64,000 bases of DNA from the NCBI RefSeq assembly GCF_006345805.1, contig NC_043008.1, forward strand, positions 60,822,001 to 60,886,000. Reading direction: 5' to 3'. Source of the DNA: Octopus sinensis. Its lineage: Eukaryota. The translations under genes and the position numbers were made by a program. Shown here piece by piece: positions 53,576 through 64,000 of this stretch (positions within the stretch are counted from its first letter, which is position 1; every line of letters starts with the position of its first letter). Under the pieces are notes generated by a model that saw only the letters and a list, made by a program, of their open reading frames with translations, had not been told where the DNA came from and did no database searches.

Positions 53576-55593
53576 AACCGCAGCACAAATGACGGCAAAG
53601 CGTTCAAGCGGTCAACATTCCAGCTTCACAAATCCAACACCTTCAATGACTTACCAACAAAAACGTTTAATATCTTATCTCCCCTAGCAGGCCTGGTCAT
53701 TTCCATAAGGAAACACTGGACAGTCCGCATCCTCTCAGCCACGCCTCTCAATCTTCAGTTACAATACAGATAACGAAATGAGACCTCGAACATTAGGAAT
53801 AGCAGACTTCTCGCTGCAGTGAAAATGTATCATGTTTTACCAGGTTTTATGGCGCTAAGTATTTCAAGCAGTTCATCTGAGTGAGCTGGTCTTTCGCACT
53901 CCGACCCCCATTCGACTCCTTGGCTATCGTAAACCCCTATAATTCCTCGCTGACCTCTTTGGCGATTCCTGGTCCTGAGGAAAGGGCCTAAACATGGTTT
54001 CGCATTCCCACCTATACTTGAAGGATTGATCCTATAAATGGTCCGTCTTGAACCATTACAAGCCAACACATGTAAATTACAGAAAGACGTAATCGGAGTG
54101 GGGATGCGAAAGTTAGGACATGGTGTAGTGGTGAGTGTGAACCTTGCAGGGAGTTGGATTTTGGAAGGGAATTGCGACAAAACAGTGACCAATGGATTGC
54201 AAATGCCTAAATGGAAACTGGTATGAACGCAACAAGTCGAAAGGAGCAGAGACCATTGTCGTACGAGTGGCAGTGAAAGGAAAGACTGTACCTGTGAGAC
54301 AGAGGATGAAAGCTTTCTGAGAGTGAATTTACGAAATTTTAAATAAATCATTCAACTCCAAAGAAATACTCGTTAGATTTAAAGACATATTTCGATCAAC
54401 AGATGGTCACTTGTTTAGTAGTACCTAGTTGTATTTGAACGTTAATCTAACAAGAGAAAAGTTGTGTACTAAGCAATTATTAAAGTAAGTATTAGGTATG
54501 AGTCCTGGTGCTCAAAGACCCGGTTGCCCGGTTTCATAGCTTATAAGTGACTAAGATAAAAACATTTTTTTCCAAAGGGGTCTTAGTCTGTCGCAGGGTT
54601 ATTCATTTACAACTGAATGAACTGAGACAACAGGAAATGAAGTCTTTTGCACAGAAACACAAAACAGTGCTCAGTATGCAAATCGAAATCACAATCTTGC
54701 GTGGCCACGCACTTTCATGACGTAATATGTTGCCCAGTAATTAATTAATTTAACACAGTCAGGATTAATCTCAGAAACATAAAATGACTGAATTTTCCAG
54801 TGTAAATCTTTTCGACTGTCATTCTACATTTTATGTAAATAAGACAAGTATAACTCCCAGAACAGTAAAAACAAATAGGAAGGCAGCGCAAGTTTTAGTT
54901 CAGTGTTCATCAGTGTATTTATATTTCTGTATTAAAGTAAAATAAACAATGGTCAACTGAAACTACTCTGTAATAATTGTCGCTGATGTGAAAATAGTGA
55001 AACTGTGGCGAATGTTTGCCTGTGTTATTTCTGTTTCAATATCTAGACTGTGTGAGTGTCTGTAGATGTGAAATGAAAAGTAAACATAAGAACAATTGGT
55101 ATTGCTTCTATTTCTGTTAGATCAAGGAAAAATCAATGTTAACTTCCCCATGCTAATAGCAAGTTTGTATTTTTCTATGCGTTCGAATTAAACTATGGCA
55201 TCGTCTACGTAGTGATGTACGAGATATTGTGATTGTTATATAGTTTTATACTTGGTTGATTAAACAATGAATTTAACCCCGACGTCTTTGTTGATTTCTA
55301 ATCGAAATTTAACCAAAATATCTTCTCGCTTTCATACAAAAGTTAGTAACTGTTAAGAATTATTTAAGTATTTCTTTGTGGTAGCAGACATGCTTGTATT
55401 CTTTAGTCTTCTGTTCATTTCTCTCAGATTTCGGAAAAAATACCACACAGCAGGTCATTTGGAAAATGTTCGCTGGGTTCGGCAAAAACCTTGTATATAA
55501 AGTTAAACCGAAATAGTGGGTAAATAATACGGTGTAATTTCGTTTTGGGATTTGGTTTGCAAGATTCTTTATATGAGTTCGTGTGTTGAAGCA

Positions 55594-55778
55594 TATTCTG
55601 TTGTGTCTGGGGAGTGTCATTTTCTTTTTGTGCCTTATAATGTAGCATACTCACCGGTAAAATTTCCAATTATTTATTTTTATTTAAAAAAAAAAGAAAG
55701 GAGTGGAAATTTTACCGGTGAGTATGCTACATTATAAGGCACAAAGAGAAAATGACTCTCCCCAGGCACAACAGAATA
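55594..55778. repeat. Inverted repeat with 75-bp arms and a 35-bp spacer
   Basis: 55594-55668 pairs with 55704-55778 with few mismatches. Confidence 0.92.
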
Positions 55779-55929
55779 CAGGGAAACTTGTCACAGAAGT
55801 CAATTTTTACTTGGAAGGTAGACTGAATCCTTCCAGTTTTGCTACACTGCCTGGGCCTTGCTTACTTTAAACAAAGTATTCTCCTTTACAAACACTCAGG
55901 ATCCAGTCATACGACGGTGGATAACTTAC

Positions 55930-55969
55930 CTTCTTTTCCTGACCGGTACAATAGGTTTCACTTTTCATT
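55930..55969 (-). CDS. Candidate exon with ATG (MKSETYCTGQEKK)
   Basis: TTTAATTACAG| acceptor, AAG|GTAAGT consensus donor, phase 0 end. Confidence 0.3.
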
Positions 55970-56799
55970 CTGTAATTAAACTTGTAGCACCTATGCACAT
56001 ACACGCGTGAATATGTTTATTTATTTATTTACAATAACCCCCCTTATAATTCCTTCTTCGTACATGTACATCTTTAAAAAACGCTAAGAAGATATACGAT
56101 ATTAATATATGTGATGATATAGAAGATAAGCTGGCATAATTGCTAGCATGCCGAGGTCGACTTTGACTTTCATACTTTTGGGGTCTATAAAATAATTAGC
56201 AGTCAAGTACTGGAGTCGACGTAATCAACTTACTCCTCCCCCGAAATCGATGGCCTTTTACCAAAATTTTATACCAATATTACGTTGTTAAAATTAAATC
56301 GAGATCGTTCGAGGTTAAACTCGTATATTGAGTTATACCTGTGAAGCTGGAATGTCTCTTCAATCCTTGAGCTAGCTTACAGTATAGATATCTACATAAT
56401 GTCCAGAATAATATCCTGTAAAACAAAGAAAAATCAGTTGTATTATGTGTTATAAAGGTAAGGAGGGGAATTTGTTATTTTGTTATCTCACAGGGTAGAC
56501 AACATTTCAGTATTTATTCTTTGTTAAAATTGCACCGAGATCAACTTTGCTTTACTCCTTTCATGTTGATAAGAAAAAAAAAAAAAAAAAAAAGGTACTG
56601 GCAAAATTATCAGAGCGGCAGATTCAGACTTGGTACATTCTGACAGTATCACTTCGAAGGATATCATTGACAAGCTTTATCAACTTTAATATGATGGCCT
56701 TTCGTTTGGGAAAACAACTATGATGTTAAGAGGGGAATCTTGCATGAATGAACAAACACAATACTTCAACAAAGAAAATCTTCGACCAGATGTGGTTAC

Positions 56800-57220
56800 A
56801 CGGCGAGCTGGCAGAAAAGTTAGCATGCCGGGCGAAATGCTTAGCGGTATTTCGTCTGCCGTTAGGTTCTGAGTTCAAATTCCGCCGAGGTCGACTTTGC
56901 CTTTCATCCTTTCGGGGTCTATAAATTAAGTACCAGTTAAGCACTGGGGTCGATATAATCGACTTAATACCTATGTCTGTCCTTGTTTGTCCCCTCTGTG
57001 TTTAGCCCCTTGTGGGTAATAAAGAAATATAAATAGGTATTTCGTCTGCCGTTAGGTTCTAAGTTCAAATTCCGCCGAGGTCGACTTTGCCTTTCATCCT
57101 TTCGGGGTCGATAAATTAAGTACTAGTTACGCACTGGAGTCGATGTAATCGACTTAATACCTATGTCTGTCCTTGTTTGTCCCCTCTATGTTTAGCCCCT
57201 TGTGGGCAATAAAGAAATAA
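56800..57220 (+). mobile_element. Family A SINE dimer
   Basis: The second unit restarts at GGTATTTCGTCTG after AAAGAAATATAAATA, the same junction as at 35552. Confidence 0.9.
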
Positions 57221-57639
57221 GAAGTGGTTACGCAGACGCAAATATGTGACCAACCCTGCCCTATGGACCTCAGAGATATCAAGATACACAATAAAACATA
57301 TACATAACGGTCATTGCCCTATATATTACTAGACTAGAGACTATACCACAAACTGAAACTAAATAAGCAATAATCTTCTAAATTTTAAACGTTATATAAT
57401 ATATTGATTAAAGCTAGATAAGTTCGTGTGTATGTTATGTATATTATCTTGGTTGATTATTTTTGATGCTTCATTAGTGGTAGCGAAACTGGTGATGGCT
57501 TTCGTATAACTACCACATATATAAAATACAAAACAATAGAGTTTATATGTTTGTGTGCTTATGTGGGTGCGTGTGTGAGTTTGCATGTGTATGTATGTGT
57601 GTGTGTGGGAATGTATGGATATATGTATGCATATGTCCT

Positions 57640-57996
57640 TTCATTCTATTGTTTCAGTCATTTGACTGTTGCCATGCTGGAGCACTGCCTTAAATGGTTT
57701 TAGTCGAAGAAATCGTCAATAAGACCTTACTTGTTCAATCGGTATCTTTGCCGAACCGCTAATTTACAGGGACACACACACATTCATGCACATATGAAAA
57801 TACACACACACATACACACACACACACACATATACGATGGGCGTCTCTCAGTTTTCGTCTTCTATATCTACTCAAAAGTCTTTGGTTGCCCGAGGCAATA
57901 GTAGAAGACACTTCTCAAATGTGCCATACAGTAGGACTGAACCCGGAACTATGTGGCTGGAAAGTAAGCTTCTTACCACATAGCTACGCTTGCGCC
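57640..57996 (-). mobile_element. Family B SINE, reverse
   Basis: Reverse complement of tail, (CA)n, body and head. Confidence 0.85.
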
Positions 57997-58354
57997 GATA
58001 TATCCATATCTATCTATATGATATATATATATATAAAATTATAGATATTGGATTCAGCAAGGAGTACGTTTGGACAAATTTATATATGAATCCCTACAAT
58101 TGTTTCCACGCGACGTTGTTCTCCAGGCTTGCAGTTACTTGATTATGCAACCGTTTCCCTGCACTATGAGATCTAACTGCGTTTCCTCAGGCGATGTGTA
58201 AATATTGTCCCGGAAAGTTAAAATTCTCGGCTTCCCGAAAATTTTCTCTGTCTGTCGTGGAAGCACAGGCTAAATCTGAAGGGGGACGAATTTTATACTG
58301 CACTTTACGATGTTCTTAACAGAATATACCATAACTTTATATAATATACCATAT

Positions 58355-59180
58355 ACGTGGTCTGATAAAAAAAAGTATGCGGACTGTTGCCATAGTAACG
58401 AATCTAAAGCACATAGAGTGAAATCCCACGGGGCAGCTTGACCTTGAGACCTGTTGTGCATGCGCTCTAAGTTTTAGCGTTCTTCCTCACTTCTGCTGTT
58501 TTCAGCAATGCTTGGGAAAAGTGTGTATAGTGTGATAGTCGCATTGAGCATGAGAGAAAACTTTGATCTGATACCGCCTTAGGGGCCCGCGCAATATTTT
58601 TCAAACACATTTCGTTCTTCTCGTGATAATGAAGGAGCTATAGCGCAAATCCGAATGTCTTTTTGGTAAATTGAAAGCAGTTTTGGCACAAACTTGGCAG
58701 ACACGCGTCTCATGCCCAAAACTTCAGTGATAATGGACTGACCTGAACCGTAACTAATCTGCATATCCCCTGAAAACTGATGGATGGTGATTCGACGATT
58801 TCCCACACAATTAGACGCACATCTGCGATGTTTTTCTCAGTTCCCAGAAAGTTCACCAATATCGATATTTTTTCAACCATTTTGGAAACGTCCGAACCAC
58901 TCGTGCACTTATACACTCCTCTCCATGCATTTACTGCAAGTTTCCGTACGCCTCTGAGCAGGTATCACCATGACAACTTTATCTTTCGTGTCAATGCAAC
59001 GATCACACGCTACACACCTACATTCTAAGCATTACTGTAAATAGCGGAAGTGAGCAAGGATATTAAAACTCAGGGCATACGCACAGCAGTATCCAAGTTC
59101 AATCTTTTCCAAGCGACGTTACTCTGCGTGCTTTAGCTTCGTTACTATAGCAACAGTCCAGATATTTATTGGTAAGATAA
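58355..59180 (-). mobile_element. Non-autonomous mariner with long TIRs and N-terminal transposase relic
   Basis: TIRs of roughly 170-200 bp (GGACTGTTGCCATAGTAACGAA.CTAAAGCAC / GTGCTTTAGCTTCGTTACTATAGCAACAGTCC). NRRITI...ISYGS..SIITEVLGMRRVSAKFVPKLL. Confidence 0.88.
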
Positions 59181-59681
59181 TATATGTATACTATCAATAT
59201 GTTTGGGGTGTGAATGACTAATTCAGTACCTGTGGTTCAATTTACAGGAACAAGAGTAGGTATATAGGCGTAGAGAGTTGTGAGTTTTTCTCATATCGAA
59301 GTTTGATAAGCCGTAAAAAATAATTTTCATAGTTTACGGTTAGCACCTAGTGTTGCTATGTATGCAAATAAAAATCCAAGCTGGTAAAATCCAGGGTACA
59401 TATATTTCCTAGACTGTAGAACCTCAAAAGCAATAATTACACAAGGAGGAGTACACGACAAGCAACACATCTAGCCGAAGATATCTTAGTTATATGAAGG
59501 TAATATTGTCGTGAAAGGATCTCAAGTTAACTCGCAGATTTGATCAAAAATAAGTGGAAATTAAGGAGTGAGAGAACAAAAAGGAAAAAAAAGGAAGAAA
59601 TAAGATAGGCAAATGACTAAGTTGTTAAGAAACGCAATAAGAATAATAAGAATGAGAGAGTAAAGAGGGGAAAATTTGGGC

Positions 59682-59721
59682 TAGATTGACGCCGACTATA
59701 TATATAGTCGGCGTCAATCTA
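59682..59721. repeat. Perfect 40-bp palindrome
   Basis: TAGATTGACGCCGACTATAT|ATATAGTCGGCGTCAATCTA. Confidence 0.97.
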
Positions 59722-59944
59722 TCTATCTATATATATATATATATACATGCATACGCACACAAACAAACGCACAAACACACATGCACACAGGATTATTATA
59801 CAACCCAAACAAAAATAAGTCTTTCCTTCAAATGGATGGAAAGAATCTAATTTTCACTGGTTTTTCAGTTAAGTCCCACAATATTATAGATAAAAAATAT
59901 CCGAACTTAAAATGGTGGTATTTTAATATATAATAAATATTAAT

Positions 59945-60454
59945 GGAAACAGAGATATATCATTGGCATATTTATTAAAAATTTTATTATAATATAATTA
60001 TACTATAAAAAAAGATATAATACAGTATAATATATATGGTATAACAAATAATTAAAACAAATATATATATGCTACAATTTGTTTCGATTCATATGCAGTA
60101 ATGGATTTAAAAAAAAAAAATCATATTTATGCATAAGAATCTCATCAGGGAAATATTTGTCTAAAAAATAGACAAATATTTCATACAAGGACTAATAAAT
60201 CATAAAAAAAAAAATTATTATTAGACTGATTAAATCAGTTTGTTTCATAATTTCGTAGTCTTTGCATGAAATTTTTGTCTTTTTTAAAGATAAATATTAC
60301 CCTTACGATATTCATATGCATAAACATGTATTTTTTACAAATTCTAGGATACAAATTTGTTTTAATTATTTGTTATATTATATCTTTTTTTATAGTATAA
60401 TTATATTATATTAAAATGTTAATAACTATATGTCAATTGTATTTCCCTATTTCC
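59945..60454. repeat. Long imperfect fold-back (arms of about 220-280 bp), pLTR-like
   Basis: TATAATATAATTATACTATAAAAAAAGATATAAT and ATAACAAATAATTAAAACAAAT recur as reverse complements. Centre near ACTGATTAAATCAGT at about 60233. Confidence 0.85.
60067..60153 (-). ncRNA. Type I hammerhead with intact core and long stem II
   Basis: Minus strand: CTGATGA-GATTC TTATGCA...TGCATAT GAATC-GAAA-CAAATTG-TA. Stem I is partly mismatched. Confidence 0.7.
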
Positions 60455-60468
60455 TTGAATATATGTAC

Positions 60469-60514
<46 letters not shown>

Positions 60515-60515
60515 A

Positions 60516-60790
60516 GTGGAGATACATAGCTTAGTGTTTAGAGCAGCGCGATCGTGGTTTCGAATCTCAGACCGGGCGATGTGTGAGTTTATGAGCGAAA
60601 AACCTAAGGTACACACGGCTCCGGCAGAAGGTAATGGCAAACTTCTGATGACTCTTTCGCCAGAACTTTCTCTCACTCTTTCCTCCAGCATCTCACCCGC
60701 GACGGACCGGTGTCCCGTCCAGGTGGGGAACCTATATACCAAGGAAACCGGCCCTGATGAGCCTGACATGGCTCGAGAAGGAACAAACAA
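60516..60790 (+). mobile_element. Family D SINE
   Basis: Colinear with 28818-29121. Confidence 0.88.
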
Positions 60791-60814
60791 TCTATGTATA
60801 TATATCTATATCTA

Positions 60815-60849
<35 letters not shown>

Positions 60850-61123
60850 ATCTATCTATCTATCTATCTATCTATATATATATATTTGTATATACATATA
60901 TATGTATATGTGTATGTATGTATATATATATAAATTTGAGAGTGAAGGATGGTGGTGTAAGGAGAAAGTGAGCTTCCAACAATCCGTAGAAAATATAAAA
61001 ACCTCAACTTTCAGGAACAATTATAGTTTCTTGGGACCGAAGGTTGGGAATTATTTCGTATTGAAGTACTATAAGCTGATTTTATTTTTTATTTCACTAG
61101 TAAGAATGGAGTGGATAAAATCC

Positions 61124-61209
61124 GTTCTACATATGCTTCGTAGTGAGTGGAACCTCGGAAGTAGTATATATCCAAGCGTGGTGTGTACCAAAGGCTACTC
61201 TTCAGGCCA
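61124..61209 (-). ncRNA. Degenerate long-stem II hammerhead
   Basis: Minus strand: CTGAAGA-GTAG...CTAC-GAAG-CATATG-TA. Stem I is mostly lost. Confidence 0.5.
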
Positions 61210-61378
61210 AAGATATCTTGATTACATGAAGTTTACTTTGTTGTTAACCGTCCCCTTTTAACACACGGAGGATTCGATGTTCCGTTCACACTGAAACATA
61301 TGTAGATAAAATTTACTTCGTTCCTTAACTCTTGGTTTATGCATACGCACATGCACACACACACGCCAATATATATAC

Positions 61379-61438
<60 letters not shown>

Positions 61439-62304
61439 AAAAAAATATTTATGCATGCATATATATTGATATATATATATATGTTTTTAAATGTTTATTT
61501 ATATACATACAAGCATACCCACACATACATGTACATTTGTGTAGGTATGAATCTTATTCTTTTTGGTTTTAGATAAATGTCATGCACTCATACGTATATA
61601 ATAAATACACGCGTACACTTATGCATACATGTACAACATTTGGGCATACATAAAGAAAATCAAACATACGCCCATACACACAGTTTCAAACATACACACA
61701 TATTTATATATATATATATATTATATATATATATATACATATATACATTATATTCAGTAATTATGAGACAAATCAATATTTATTTGAAGTCAAACTACCG
61801 CGTGATAAGAGATAAACATTCTAATGCATTAACAGACACACGTAATTTACCTTTTCCTAAGCACACCTTCAGAAATGAAGATAAATCATTTTCAAAAATA
61901 TACTAAATAAGTAATCAACTGTTCCTGCAAATTCTGGAGAAAATGGCATATTCCCCCTAGAGAAATACAAATAATGGAATTTATTAATTTGTTGTTAATT
62001 GTTTTAAAGTAACAGTTTACAATCCAACAACACTCACATCCATAGATTACTTTCAATATAAAAGTTTCTCAGATTTCCCACCTTTACTCCTATATATCTC
62101 TTTTTCTTTTTCCTTCCTCTACACATACACACACATAGACGAACACATTCACATATATATATATATACACACACACATTCACACAGACATACATAGTCAG
62201 ATATACACAAAGATGTGTGCACAAATTAGAATCTGAGTGTATATAGTAATATATTTATCAACAAAATAGCTGCACATATGTATGTTTGTCTGTTTATGCA
62301 TATG

Positions 62305-62338
<34 letters not shown>

Positions 62339-63215
62339 TGTGAGCAAAATTTTCGAATGTTTTCATTCGAAGTAAGAAGCTACTATTGTTTGTTAATATT
62401 ATCTTTGGTGAATATCTATAATTGATAATATTAAGAACAGTAACATAGGCGGTTCACAGGTTCAATAGCATTATATAGCTATGAGATTTAAAATAAGCAC
62501 GAAGCAAAAGGATGCAAAAATGCATCAACCTGTTTAGAAATAAGAGTTAAAGCCCCAATTCAACCGCCAGAAGTCACCAAAATAATAGAAAATGATAGTA
62601 AACGAGGAAAGGGATAAAGAATTAAGACATTACAAAGCATGCCCCTAAGATTATGCCAGTCAGATGCTCACTCCTCCTCCCTTGTTTCCGTGGCTCCCAC
62701 GTGATCATCGGCCATCTTTCGTCTCCTAACTTGTGTTTCTTTCTTTCTCGCCCTTGTAGCTGGAACAAGGAAGACGTGTTCTTGTCTGTCTCCTGCCCAA
62801 GCTTGATTTACGCGCTTACCACCACAACCTCGTTTAGGCTTAGCAGCCCTTCCTTGTCCTGTTTGTGTTATCAATTTTTACCCTCTGTAAAATCCCAATT
62901 TTATTTAATTTGCTTTGCAGGAGCAACTGTTTTATTGAAACAAATGAAGGGTCGTTCTTTAATCTGTCTTGTTTTCCTTTTGTCTTTCATTGTACGAAAA
63001 AATAGTTCATATTCAATGTACTCGTACTTTGTATTTATTAGTTGTACATGTTTCATGACGTCCTGTTCCCACATATATATATATATATATGCATATATAT
63101 ATATATATATACATACATACATACATTCACATCTATATACATACACATTCATAACTATATACGTATATGTATATATATATATATATATATATCTATATAT
63201 TCCTCTCTCTGTCTC

Positions 63216-63256
<41 letters not shown>

Positions 63257-63767
63257 TTATATAAAACATATAGGTTAATATTCCAATGTTCACTTCAATT
63301 GCTATAAATGTGTTTCTTTTTATGAGTAATTCTAATACAAGATGACATATAATAGCGTTTTCTTCAGGTGAAATAAGCTTAAAAATTTTGTTCGGAGAGA
63401 AAAGTATGCAAGTGAGGTATGTGGTTTGATCCTCTCTCTATATATATTTCGCTTAGGCATTGTGAACCTAATAATCTGGTGAAGAACTCAATATGTGCGC
63501 ACTTTAAAATGAAGTGTTAGCGGATTATAGGAATATTAAATGACAAAGGAAGGCAAAAAATAAAATTGGGTTATTAACTGCATTAGCACACAACTCTTTC
63601 CGCTATAATATGCATTTAACACATAGTAGAGTGTCTGAATTACATCTTATATGTTCATTGATTCCTCGAATATGGTGAGTTCACCATATCCTATAGCAGG
63701 GACAGCTGTAAGCTAATGAAGCTCATAACATAATCGTTTTTTCCTTTGTGATGTCTTTTATACTCAA

Positions 63768-64000
63768 CTAGCAGTATCGCCCGGCGTTGCTCGGGTTTGT
63801 AAGGGAAATAACTATATAAGCATTTTTAGAGAGTTTCTTCCCTTATAGATGCCAATTCGGGCTTTCTTAGCCATTTCTGTTTTGGTGTCTTCAAGCCATG
63901 AAGTCGTTGTTCTAAAAGAACGCTGGTCTTCTTGACAACGCTTTACGACGTTGATTTCCTTACACTCCCTTCCCCACAGCTTCACGAGGGAGGGAAGAAG
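63768..64000 (-). mobile_element. Helitron 3' terminus (element runs off the window)
   Basis: Minus strand: hairpin CCCGAGCAACGCCGGG, 8 nt, then CTAG|T. Confidence 0.75.

Noticed and set aside
58091-58195. Two minus-strand hammerhead-like remnants (GAAACAATTGTA; CTGAGGA..GAAACGGTT)
   Set aside because: Core or stem II/I mismatches are too many to support a call.
60750-60782. CTGATGAGCC..GGCTCGAGA at the SINE D 3' end
   Set aside because: It has GAGA rather than GAAA, no stem I or III, and the other copy reads CTTATGAG. This is the SINE 3' stem-loop.

Overview
This is AT-rich, microsatellite-dense eukaryotic DNA with a 100-N assembly gap (17975-18074). The SINE repertoire and (TA)n/(TACA)n load resemble an octopus (coleoid cephalopod) genome; that is inferred from recalled repeat families, not from a search. 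No intact protein-coding gene is evident, and nearly all ORF-track entries are microsatellite or SINE translations. The window is a mosaic of four tRNA-derived SINE groups (my labels A-D), decayed LINEs (Tx1/L1, CR1, RTE, RNase H-bearing I-like), Penelope-like elements (RT and GIY-YIG relics), mariner and hAT relics and a Helitron 3' end. The main signal is about 11 type I hammerhead ribozyme motifs that fold by hand. Four have a fully intact catalytic core (4020, 20001, 44739, 60067), and several share an unusually long (about 55-70 nt) stem II arm with a palindromic stem III. Other points of note: a SINE tail that matches the 3' end of a Tx1/L1-clade LINE, SINE tail-swapping at one shared pyrimidine tract, several fold-back palindromes, and a tentative chain of small minus-strand exons including a signal-peptide-like one.
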